Origin: Chamaesiphon sp.
Lineage (GTDB): Bacteria > Cyanobacteriota > Cyanobacteriia > Cyanobacteriales > Chamaesiphonaceae
Length of the DNA stretch: 64,000 nt
Assembly: GCA_965246715.1 (NCBI GenBank)
Contig: CBDFFH010000005.1
Location: 96,001-160,000, forward strand
Direction: 5' to 3'
Shown here: positions 38,383-49,626 of the stretch, in pieces
Position numbering within the stretch: position 1 is the stretch's first letter
Layout: every line of letters begins with the position of its first letter
Notes under the pieces: generated by a model
Seen by the model: the letters and a program-made list of their open reading frames with translations, nothing else
Databases searched by the model: none
What the model was told of the DNA's origin: nothing
Program-made: the position numbers and the translations under genes

Positions 38383-39654
38383 ATGGCAAATTCCGATCCG
38401 CAAGGACAGCGAAGCGATCGCAAACGTGTTGTTATTACTGGTTTAGGTGCAATTACGCCTATTGGAAACACCTTAGCTGAATATTGGGACGGCTTGGTGA
38501 GCGGCCGGAATGGGATCGGTTCGATTACCCACTTCGATGCAGCCAAACACGATTGTCGGATTGCTGGGGAGATTAAAAATTTCGACCCGCTGGCGTACTT
38601 GGACAAAAAAGAAGCCAAACGGATGGATCGTTTCGCGCAACTAGCGGTCTGCGCTAGCAAACAAGCGATCGCTGATTCCGGTTTGACGATCGATGCTACT
38701 AATGCAGAATATATCGGTGTGACGATCGGTACGGGCATCGGTGGGTTAAAAATTCTCGAAGAACAACAAGAAATTTATCTGACCAAAGGGCCGAGTCGTT
38801 GCAGTCCGTTCATGATTCCGATGATGATCGCGAATATGGCCGCCGGACTAGTTGCGATCCAACTCGGTGCCAAAGGCCCTAACTGTTGTACCGTCACCGC
38901 CTGTGCTGCGGGTGCAAATGCGATCGGTGAGGCGTTTCGTCTGATTCAAGGCGGCTACGCACGGGCGATGATTTGCGGGGGGACTGAAGCGGCAATCACA
39001 CCCTTGGGAATTGCTGGCTTTGCCGCTTGCAAAGCCGTATCTACCCGCAATGACGATCCGACCCATGCCTGTCGTCCCTTCGATATCGGGCGCGATGGGT
39101 TTGTGATGGGTGAAGGTTCGGGGATTTTGATCCTGGAAGAATTAGAACACGCCCAAAGTCGGGGGGCGAAAATCTACGCGGAGATCGTCGGCTATGCGAT
39201 GACCTGCGATGCCTATCACATGACCGGACAGACCCCTGGTGGTGTCGATGCGGCTCGCGCGATGTCGCTGTGTCTCAAAGATGCTGGGTTGGCACCTGAA
39301 GATGTTAGCTATATCAACGCACATGGTACCAGTACCCCAATTAACGATCCGACCGAAACCGCCGCGATTAAAAAAGCGCTCGGCGACCATGCCTACAAAA
39401 TTGCTGTCAGTTCGACCAAATCCATGACCGGACATCTGCTCGGTGGTGCGGGTGGGATTGAAGGGGTTGCTTCGGCATTAGCCATCCATCACGATCTGCT
39501 CCCGCCAACGATTAACATCGAGACCCTAGATCCTGACTGCGATCTGGATTACGTGCCCCATGTCAGTCGCTCTTCGATCGTCAATGTGGCGCTGTCCAAC
39601 TCGTTTGGCTTTGGCGGTCATAATGTGACACTGGCGTTTAAGAAGTATGTCTAG
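38383..39654 (+). CDS. fabF: Beta-ketoacyl-ACP synthase II
   Basis: RVVITGLG, TACAAG, NAHGTST, KSMTGHLLG, SNSFGFGG. Confidence 0.97.
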   Translation: MANSDPQGQRSDRKRVVITGLGAITPIGNTLAEYWDGLVSGRNGIGSITHFDAAKHDCRIAGEIKNFDPLAYLDKKEAKRMDRFAQLAVCASKQAIADSGLTIDATNAEYIGVTIGTGIGGLKILEEQQEIYLTKGPSRCSPFMIPMMIANMAAGLVAIQLGAKGPNCCTVTACAAGANAIGEAFRLIQGGYARAMICGGTEAAITPLGIAGFAACKAVSTRNDDPTHACRPFDIGRDGFVMGEGSGILILEELEHAQSRGAKIYAEIVGYAMTCDAYHMTGQTPGGVDAARAMSLCLKDAGLAPEDVSYINAHGTSTPINDPTETAAIKKALGDHAYKIAVSSTKSMTGHLLGGAGGIEGVASALAIHHDLLPPTINIETLDPDCDLDYVPHVSRSSIVNVALSNSFGFGGHNVTLAFKKYV

Positions 39655-39704
39655 GGATTAGGGGATAGGGGATAGGGGATAGTAAAAATAGTTGATGGAA
39701 TTTA

Positions 39705-39838
39705 GGCGTTGCTGAATCGGGTGATGATTTTTTGGTAGGGGTGCCCCTTGTGGGTACCCTGAATCGATGTGGGGTAAGCACGAGGCATTACCCCTACAAA
39801 AATTATTTGTGCGTTTCATACCTTAATTCAGCAATGCC
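39705..39838. mobile_element. MITE (134 bp) carrying REP-like palindromes
   Basis: Terminal inverted repeats ggcgttgctgaat / attcagcaatgcc; 8-bp target duplication ggaattta on both sides. Confidence 0.8.
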
Positions 39839-40069
39839 GGAATTTATTCTGCGACCCAGATCGGCAACTACATTAGATCTCCAGTACGACCGATCGATCT
39901 CTTTGCTCTGAGCTAAGACTTGAGATCCAAACTCAGCAGCTAAAGCCTAACCCCTATCCCCTAGTTAAGGAATGTAATTTTTTCCCTCTAGAGCCAAAAC
40001 TGGGGTGCAGATGAAGATTATGATGAGGGGAAAATTGTAAGATTTCGTGAGTAAAAGCAGTTATAACAT

Positions 40070-40816
40070 ATGCCTATTCCATTATTAGAATATAAACCTT
40101 CATCTCAAAACTCCCGCGTCAGTGGTTATGAGATAGCTGGAGACGAGCAAGCGCGAGTATATTCGACCGATAACCTGCTATCTTCAGGTGAAATCGGTAA
40201 TCTGATCGAAGCCGCGTATCGCCAGATTTTCTTCCACGCATTCGCTGCCGATCGGGAAAAATTCTTGGAATCTCAACTTCGCAACGGCCAAATTACCGTG
40301 CGCGACTTTATCCGAGGCTTGTGCTTATCCAATACCTTTACCAATAGTTTCTACAATCTCAATAGCAACTATCGGTTTGTCACGCATTGCATCCAGAAGA
40401 TTCTCGGTCGCGATGTCTACAACGAAGCGGAAAAAATTGCTTGGTCGATCGTTATTGCTACTAAAGGTCGTGCTGGTTTCATTAGTGCGCTCCTCGATAG
40501 CGATGAGTACTTAGAAAACTTTGGCGATAACATCGTACCCTACCAACGGCGGCGGGTATTACCTTCCGGTGCGAGCGAACTCCCCTTTAACATTCAATCG
40601 CCCCGCTACGATGAATACTATCGTCGCCAACTCGGCTTTCCCAAACTTTCTTGGCAAGCCACCAAGCGCAGTGCGACTCCCGCACCGCAAAAACCCAAAG
40701 CAGGCGACCCATCTTTATATGTGGATATGGTCAGAAATCTCGGCGCACTGGGCAATCCACCCCAGTCGATTTCAGCGTTAAATCTAGATTACCAAAATCT
40801 AGTACCCCGTCGTTAA
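40070..40816 (+). CDS. cpcG: Phycobilisome rod-core linker
   Basis: [41 protein letters not shown]; no C-terminal TM helix, so not CpcL. Confidence 0.93.
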   Translation: MPIPLLEYKPSSQNSRVSGYEIAGDEQARVYSTDNLLSSGEIGNLIEAAYRQIFFHAFAADREKFLESQLRNGQITVRDFIRGLCLSNTFTNSFYNLNSNYRFVTHCIQKILGRDVYNEAEKIAWSIVIATKGRAGFISALLDSDEYLENFGDNIVPYQRRRVLPSGASELPFNIQSPRYDEYYRRQLGFPKLSWQATKRSATPAPQKPKAGDPSLYVDMVRNLGALGNPPQSISALNLDYQNLVPRR

Positions 40817-40847
40817 AAGAGCGAGATCGTCGATCGCACTAGATCGC

Positions 40848-40879
40848 TAGTTGACTGGGGTGAGTAACCCAGTCAACTA
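40848..40879 (+). terminator. Hairpin after cpcG
   Basis: tagttgactggg-N8-cccagtcaacta. Confidence 0.6.
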
Positions 40880-41061
40880 ATGCTAAGTTTGACGAAATTT
40901 TATAATGATATTTGAATCGATCTCGTGTAACTGTGCAACCATTTAAATATGGGAGCTTTGGAATAACATACATCGACTATTTCAATTAAAATTAATAATT
41001 GCTAAAAAATTGCTAACGATCGGTTTCCAAAAAGAGCGGTATCGATAGAGGTAGTAGTATC

Positions 41062-41439
41062 GTGAGTAAGCGGATCTTAGTAATTGATAACGAACCATCG
41101 ATTCAAGAAGTCGCTCAAATTTGCTTAGAAACTATTGCTGGGTGGCAAGTAATTGTTGCGGGTTCTGGATTAGAGGGATTGGCAGTCGCCGAAATCGAAC
41201 AGCCAGATGCGATTTTATTAGATGTGATGATGCCAGAGATGGACGGACTGACCACTTTTAGTAAGCTCCAAGCCAACCCTGCGACTCGACCGATTCCAGT
41301 GATTTTACTCACAGCCAAATTTCAAACAACCGATCGCCAAAATTATATCGATCTGGGTATTAGATCGGCGATCGCGAAACCATTTAGTCCGCTAGAATTA
41401 GCTCAACAAATCGCGACAATCTTGGGCTGGAACCTGTAA
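41062..41439 (+). CDS. Single-domain CheY-like response regulator
   Basis: ILVIDN, LLDVMMP, LTA, KPF. Confidence 0.92.
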   Translation: MSKRILVIDNEPSIQEVAQICLETIAGWQVIVAGSGLEGLAVAEIEQPDAILLDVMMPEMDGLTTFSKLQANPATRPIPVILLTAKFQTTDRQNYIDLGIRSAIAKPFSPLELAQQIATILGWNL

Positions 41440-41749
41440 TATTTCTAATACCAATCGGGTCGTACTGACAGCGCGGGGTGATGTAGGCGAAGTAAAATTT
41501 ACCCCCTAAATTTAACCATATCTTCCTAATTTTGTTAGGAATAATATGTAACTATGTAGAGGAGAGTGGATGATTCGGTCTGCCGATGCTCCAGGGGAGG
41601 CTCCGCCAACGCCCACAAGCAGCCTCGAGGCTTTCATCCAGCGGCTGACCCAATTGGCTGGATCGTTAACAAATCGTCCGCACGAGCAGTTTTGTCGTAT
41701 GTATTTGAATTCCTATAGCCAAACTCGCAACTGGAGATAGGGGAAAATT

Positions 41750-43840
41750 ATGAAGATTTTAGTAGTTGAAGACGATCTGTTAGTCGCTGACGCACTCAGA
41801 AATACACTTTCTAGTCATAATTATGCTGTTGAAGTTGCCAATGATGGTCGAGCGGCATTGGACTGTATCGAGGCATTTAAATATGACTTACTATTATTAG
41901 ATGTGATCCTGCCCAAACTCGATGGCATCAGTCTGTGCCGTCATATTCGATCGCAAGGCTATATGATGCCGATTCTGTTGCTCACCAGTAAAGATAGTAA
42001 ACACGACCGTGCCGTTGGGTTAGATGCTGGAGCGGATGATTATGTAATCAAACCTTTCGACCCAGAAGAACTCTCCGCTCGAATTCGCGCTTTATTGCGC
42101 CGTGGGAATGATAACGTTCAACCGATTTTGACGTGGAAAGACCTCACCCTCGATCCGCGTAATTGCGAGGTAACTTATCAAGATCGAGTGTTAACGCTCA
42201 CGCCCAAAGAATACGCCTTACTCGAACTATTTCTGCGACACAATCGGCGGCTATTTAGTTGTGGAGCGATCTTAGAACATTTGTGGACTTATGAAGATGC
42301 TCCCAGCGAAGAAGCTGTCCGCACGCATATTAAGGGACTCCGGCAAAAACTCAAAGGGGTCGGGGCACCACACAATCTCGTCGAAACCGTCTATGGGATC
42401 GGCTATCGGCTCAAAGCCTTCGACCAGATTCCGCTCCAACAGGATATTACACTCGGCGATATCTCAGTCTCTAAGCAAGAGCAGTGGCTAGTTCCAGCAA
42501 GTGGGAAAATTGCTGCCGAGGTTGCAAATCAGAGCGTCACCACCAGCCCCCAAGTTGCCCCAGCAAGCTCGCCACCAGCAGCACAGCTACCGTCGACCCC
42601 CATACCGCGATCGAGTGAGCTGAAACCGGCCCAGCCAAATGGTAGCCAAGTTAGGGCGACAGCGAGTACCCCATCAATGTTGGTGGAAATTTGGAATCGT
42701 CATTACGCTCAAATGAGCGATCGAGTCGAGACCATCGAACGGGCGATTGCAGCGCTGCAATCGCAATCGCTCACTGCCCAAGCACGCCTCCAAGCTTGGC
42801 AATCGGCCCACACGCTAGCAGGTGCCTTAGGTACCTTTGGGTTGCCACTCGGTTCCCAAGCTGCCAAGCAGATCGAATTATTACTCGATGCCAAGACCGA
42901 GCTGACTTTGGCTCAGTTTCCGCAATTACAAACCAAAGTTATCGAGTTGCGGCAAGAGATTTCCAGCAAAATGGTAGTCCCCGAGCCGGAAATCGCCCCG
43001 CCACCTCAACCGATTGGCGCAGCGGCGATGCAAAAAGATCGATTGCTGGTCGTTACTAAAGAATCAGCTTTGGCAAGTTCTTTGCATGCTGCTGGGGCGG
43101 GGAAGTTTGAGATGCTGATTATGGGCGAGTTAGCCCCTGATTGCTGCACCCCAGTCCCCAAGGCAATCGTGCTCGATCTAGATTGCTTTGCCCAGAGCAC
43201 TGACTGGCTCAGAGCATTGTCAGCATTGGATCTAGATTATCCCAGCGTGCCCATTTTAGTGCTGAGTCACCGTGCCAGCTCAACTAGGTTACCCTCGGGA
43301 GGAGCGCTCGATCCTCCCGAGCCATCGCCACAACTGCGACAACGCGTTGAATTTGCTCGCAGAGGTGGCAGGATGTTTTTATCCAAACCAATCGCTGCTG
43401 AGGAGATTTTACAGGCGATCGATCGAGTATTGCACCCAGTCACTGTCAAACAAGCCAGGATCGCGATTGTAGATGACGATCTCATCTTATTGGAGGGGCT
43501 GACCGCGTTATTATCTCGAGCGAATATGATGGTGACGACGCTATCAGAACCCAGTCGGTTCTGGGAGACGCTAGAAGCTGCCAAGCCCGATTTGCTAATT
43601 CTCGATCTGGATATGCCAACCTACAATGGGATCGAACTTTGTCGAGCGGTACGTACCGATCCGCAGTGGGCAACTTTACCGATTATGTTTCTCACCGCGC
43701 ACACGGCGACAATCGCGATCGATCGGGTATTTGCGGCTGGTGCCGATGATTTTGTAACTAAACCTGCGATCGCATCCGAACTCGTGACCCGAATCGTCAA
43801 TCGGCTCGAACGGAGCGCTGGGCGCACCAGCTCTAAGTAG
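41750..43840 (+). CDS. Multidomain response regulator REC-wHTH-Hpt-REC-REC (RcaC-like architecture)
   Basis: OmpR-type N-terminus (ETVYGIGY), Hpt AHTLAG, a degenerate receiver and an intact C-terminal receiver. Confidence 0.88.
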   Translation: MKILVVEDDLLVADALRNTLSSHNYAVEVANDGRAALDCIEAFKYDLLLLDVILPKLDGISLCRHIRSQGYMMPILLLTSKDSKHDRAVGLDAGADDYVIKPFDPEELSARIRALLRRGNDNVQPILTWKDLTLDPRNCEVTYQDRVLTLTPKEYALLELFLRHNRRLFSCGAILEHLWTYEDAPSEEAVRTHIKGLRQKLKGVGAPHNLVETVYGIGYRLKAFDQIPLQQDITLGDISVSKQEQWLVPASGKIAAEVANQSVTTSPQVAPASSPPAAQLPSTPIPRSSELKPAQPNGSQVRATASTPSMLVEIWNRHYAQMSDRVETIERAIAALQSQSLTAQARLQAWQSAHTLAGALGTFGLPLGSQAAKQIELLLDAKTELTLAQFPQLQTKVIELRQEISSKMVVPEPEIAPPPQPIGAAAMQKDRLLVVTKESALASSLHAAGAGKFEMLIMGELAPDCCTPVPKAIVLDLDCFAQSTDWLRALSALDLDYPSVPILVLSHRASSTRLPSGGALDPPEPSPQLRQRVEFARRGGRMFLSKPIAAEEILQAIDRVLHPVTVKQARIAIVDDDLILLEGLTALLSRANMMVTTLSEPSRFWETLEAAKPDLLILDLDMPTYNGIELCRAVRTDPQWATLPIMFLTAHTATIAIDRVFAAGADDFVTKPAIASELVTRIVNRLERSAGRTSSK

Positions 43841-43949
43841 CTACCATGTTGCTGCTACCGATCGAGCAATAAAAAGGAGCTTAACTTTAGGATAGCTCCA
43901 GCGATTAATTAAGATCTAAACTATTGCCGTCTTTGACTGCGATCGCTGA

Positions 43950-44639
43950 TTAACGTCGGGAAGACATCGACATGACGATCTGCAGGATATACCAGAAGAG
44001 TAGCGCGACAGAAGCAAATAGCTCCAGCGAAGCAGCAACATACTGATCGGTCGAATAGTGATTCATCACTTTAGACGTATCGTACAAGATCGCCGCTGAC
44101 GCAAAGACTACCATCGCACCGGAAAATATCAATCCCAACTGGAAACCAAAGATCGCACTGCACACAATCAAACCTAATGCGACGAAACCACCAATTTTTA
44201 AGATGCCACCCAGGAAGGTAAAATCTTTACCAGTCGTAAAAGCGATCGCGGTTAAGCCACCAAATAAGAATAGCGTCAGAATCCCCGCTGTCGGAATTAC
44301 CGAAGGATCGGAAAATCTACTCGCGATATAAATAATCGGCGCAAAAATCAAGGCTTCTGCAACCACGTAAATACCCAATCCCGCATACTGGGTATTTACC
44401 GAATCCGCTCTAGATGCTAATTCTCTAGAGAACCAACCCAATACCGCAAAGGCTGCCAAAATTGCCAACCAGCTAAACCGACTACCCATCACAAAAGTTG
44501 CGAAGGCTTCGGCAACACCAGTCTGAAATAAGACGTACTCTACACCAATAAATGCCCCGACTGCGCCAGCGAGGTGAGTATAAGTTTTTCGGATAAATAA
44601 GGCTCTTTCTTGTGGCTGGGCTTTAGCAACTGCAAACAT
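43950..44639 (-). CDS. Bax inhibitor-1/YccA family membrane protein
   Basis: About 7 TM helices, 'FIRKTY.HL', 'ILYDTS', 'ELFAS'. Confidence 0.88.
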   Translation of the reverse strand: MFAVAKAQPQERALFIRKTYTHLAGAVGAFIGVEYVLFQTGVAEAFATFVMGSRFSWLAILAAFAVLGWFSRELASRADSVNTQYAGLGIYVVAEALIFAPIIYIASRFSDPSVIPTAGILTLFLFGGLTAIAFTTGKDFTFLGGILKIGGFVALGLIVCSAIFGFQLGLIFSGAMVVFASAAILYDTSKVMNHYSTDQYVAASLELFASVALLFWYILQIVMSMSSRR

Positions 44640-45335
44640 CAGATTTACTTCCTTAAATTTAGAACGCTTACTACTTCTAATTTAATCCAATAAATTCAAT
44701 GCTGTGGATAAATTAACACAACCTTAGCGTTTGCCTAACCTCGCCACACCGTAGGATAGTCTTCAGCAGACTCGATCGAACTATTTTAGAGATCTACTAG
44801 TAGGAAATCGCTATTGCACGCACAGCCTCTGCATAAGTGGGATGCTACCGATCGAATCTTCTGATGGGCAAAGACAGCTGCTCGGAATACAGATTAGTTC
44901 GATCGACAGAAGATCGTTGGTGAAGCGAGCATTAAGATCGATCGCAACTTTAAGCTGACATAGCTTTGACTGAATCGATCGATTCTCAGTCGATCGAGTA
45001 TTAATATCGATTACCTACGGTAGACTACGCCAACGTAAACCCAATCTGACATAGTTTTAACTGAATCGATCGACCATCAAGAGCGATCGCTTCTAGCTTC
45101 GTTTCTGCACCGCCCTCAAATGAATTAGTTGCTCATAGCAAAAGTTCGTTGAAACGAACTAAAAAATTTGGCAGTTCTCTTCAGAGAACTTGAGCTATTA
45201 GCCCGAACTTATAAACCAAATATTTACTGTATAAATATTTCTAATATCGCTCACCTTGTATCCTAAATATTCTCTACTAGATTACCCATTTCGCCAAATA
45301 CACTACCACCAAAATCCCCAGAGATGTCAAAATAA

Positions 45336-47624
<2,289 letters not shown>

Positions 47625-47628
47625 GATA

Positions 47629-47727
47629 TTCGATCTCAGTGGTTACTATCATCCTGATAGGGATAAAGTAATTGGGACAATGCGATCGAGTGGAGTGTTT
47701 AATAATGCGATCGAACTATTCGTTTAA
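47629..47727 (+). pseudogene. Displaced second copy of the icd 3' end
   Basis: Translates FDLSGYYHPDRDKVIGTMRSSGVFNNAI*, compared with icd's [28 protein letters not shown]. Confidence 0.75.
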
Positions 47728-47731
47728 ATAT

Positions 47732-47834
47732 GTAGGGACGGTGCCTCGTGCCCGCCCTGCATCGATATCGATCGCACCGATAATCTTGGTGCTATGTTAC
47801 AAATGGTGAGGGTACCCACAAGGGGCACCCCTAC
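47732..47834. repeat. Inverted pair of GTAG-type REP palindromes
   Basis: gtagggacggtgcctcgtgcccgccct ... agggtacccacaaggggcacccctac; the latter is the exact reverse complement of 39735-39760. Confidence 0.7.
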
Positions 47835-47925
47835 AGCTGACTGCCGGACACATCTCCGAAAAGTTAAGCTATGAAGAGGCATAGCAGGTAATAACTCGGA
47901 TAAAGGAAAAATCAAAAGCGTTTTT

Positions 47926-48152
47926 ATGTCGTACGATCCCGAAAAACATCATCGCCGATCGATTCGTATTAAAGGCTTTGATTGCAGTAGATCTGCAACC
48001 TATTTTGTAACAATTTGCGTAGAAAATAGAGAATGCTTATTTGGAAATACTTTACAGGATGGAGATGTGATAATGCTAGCGATCGAATGCTATTAAATGA
48101 CGCAGGAAAAATGGTGTTAGCTGAGTGGCTGGATTTACCATCGAGATTCCCT
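47926..48152 (+). pseudogene. REP-associated tyrosine transposase (RAYT, IS200-like) fragment
   Basis: MSYDPEKHHRRSIRIKGFD...YFVTIC..RECLFG, then a frameshift to LNDAGKMV..EW..LP.RFP; the HuH motif is absent. Confidence 0.75.
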
Positions 48153-48238
48153 TGGGCGCATCTAGCGGTTGTGGGAGGGGTCAAAAAGTAAAAAAGGATG
48201 AGAGAATTACTCCATCCATAACAAAAAACAAATTGACT

Positions 48239-48625
48239 ATGACTGTACAACATCTAGAGAGCTTATATCCAGATGTAGCCGAATGGACATCAAACTGTGG
48301 ACAGTTGCCTCAAGCAACAACATTGCCTGAATTGGTTTGGCTACGTGAAGTCAAAGCATTGGGCTGGATTACCAGTTTGACTTATATTGGCATTGACGAT
48401 CCTGCAACCAATATTCAAAGAGTCCGCAGCAGAGTCACATTAGGCGGTCATGATGTACCCGTAGCCGATATTGTCAGGCGTTACGATCGCAGTCTTGCCA
48501 ACCTAAATAAAGCTGCCAAAATAGTCGATTCTCATTCTGAGAGGCTATGCCAACGATTAATCCTCTATGACAACTCTACCAATGCCAGATATCAACAGCG
48601 ATCGCACTCGGAGCAGAAATCTTAG
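48239..48625 (+). pseudogene. Chimeric remnant ending in a zeta-toxin/AAA-like ATPase fragment
   Basis: 'RV..RV..GGHDVP...I.RRY.RSL.NL...LYDNS' without the N-terminal P-loop. Confidence 0.6.
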
Positions 48626-49071
48626 TAATACATCTAGGGAGGACATAGACATGAATCTGTACTATGAAATTCACGGACAAGGCGAACCGATCGGCATGAG
48701 ATTTTTTCTGATGAGGGAAATATGAATAATGAATGTTAGAGTAGCCAAAAATCCATGAATGCCATCGAAATTAAGCTCCTCATCCCGAACTATGGAACTG
48801 GAATTAATATTAGTAATTCGGCTCGAATCCCTGTAACGCTCTTGACTCGATCGGGTGGCCATTGGCTGAGAGTGGCTTTCAAGCGATCGAAGCCGACGGT
48901 ATGCACGGTGCTAAATGAATGGCGGATTGCGTCCTATCCGATGCGTAATTCAACCAGAATTCTGGGCTTTGAGCTAATTACGATCGAGAACCAGAGTCTT
49001 AATTAACGCCCTGTAATCTTTTAGATTTAATTAGAATAAAATATATAGTTCTGACTACACTCTTATCAATT

Positions 49072-49566
49072 ATGTCAAATATAGATTTTCGTGCTGAAAG
49101 GCTTCGCCAACGACCGACAGAATCTGATGCTGTACTGGGAACTCAAAATCTGGTTTGCCCTAGTAGTGTAATATTAGGTGGGATTGAAGGAGTTAAAAAA
49201 CGGCTGAATAGTGAAAGCATTTATATCAAAATCTTAGCCTTGAAAGATGCCATGAACTATGGTGACGCAGGTTTGCAATTAGCGATCGAATATTTAGAAG
49301 ATGAAGAGTCTCAAATCATAGACGCGGCTTGTTCCTTATTAGAGTCGCGTCCAGAAACCTTTGTGAAAGAGCGAATCCAGCGATACTTAGACGATCGAGA
49401 ATTAGAAATTCAAGATATGAAATATTCCTGGCTAGAATCAAGTCCAAAAGCGATCGGGCAAAAGCAAACCAAAAAAAATAAAGAATCTACGCATGTCAAA
49501 GATTCTAAAACCCATTCGAGATCTGTAAGTACACCCAGCACCAAACGCTGGATCGATGCAAGTTAA
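49072..49566 (+). CDS. Hypothetical HEAT-repeat-like protein
   Basis: 'P.E.DAVLG...VILGGIEGVK.RL...AL..A.NYG..GL' cyanobacterial N-terminal module. Confidence 0.6.
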   Translation: MSNIDFRAERLRQRPTESDAVLGTQNLVCPSSVILGGIEGVKKRLNSESIYIKILALKDAMNYGDAGLQLAIEYLEDEESQIIDAACSLLESRPETFVKERIQRYLDDRELEIQDMKYSWLESSPKAIGQKQTKKNKESTHVKDSKTHSRSVSTPSTKRWIDAS

Positions 49567-49626
49567 ATCGATTGAGGTAAATAGATATATTAAATATCGA
49601 TCGAGTTCAAGCATTTTCTAAATCGA

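Noticed and set aside
40924..40938. RcaC L-box (TTGCACA-N4-TTGCACA)
   Set aside because: Only single half-sites are seen (here in reverse and at 37667), without the required spacing.
48755..49006. 83-aa ORF in the debris region
   Set aside because: No recognisable motif; it lies among pseudogene fragments and cannot be supported.
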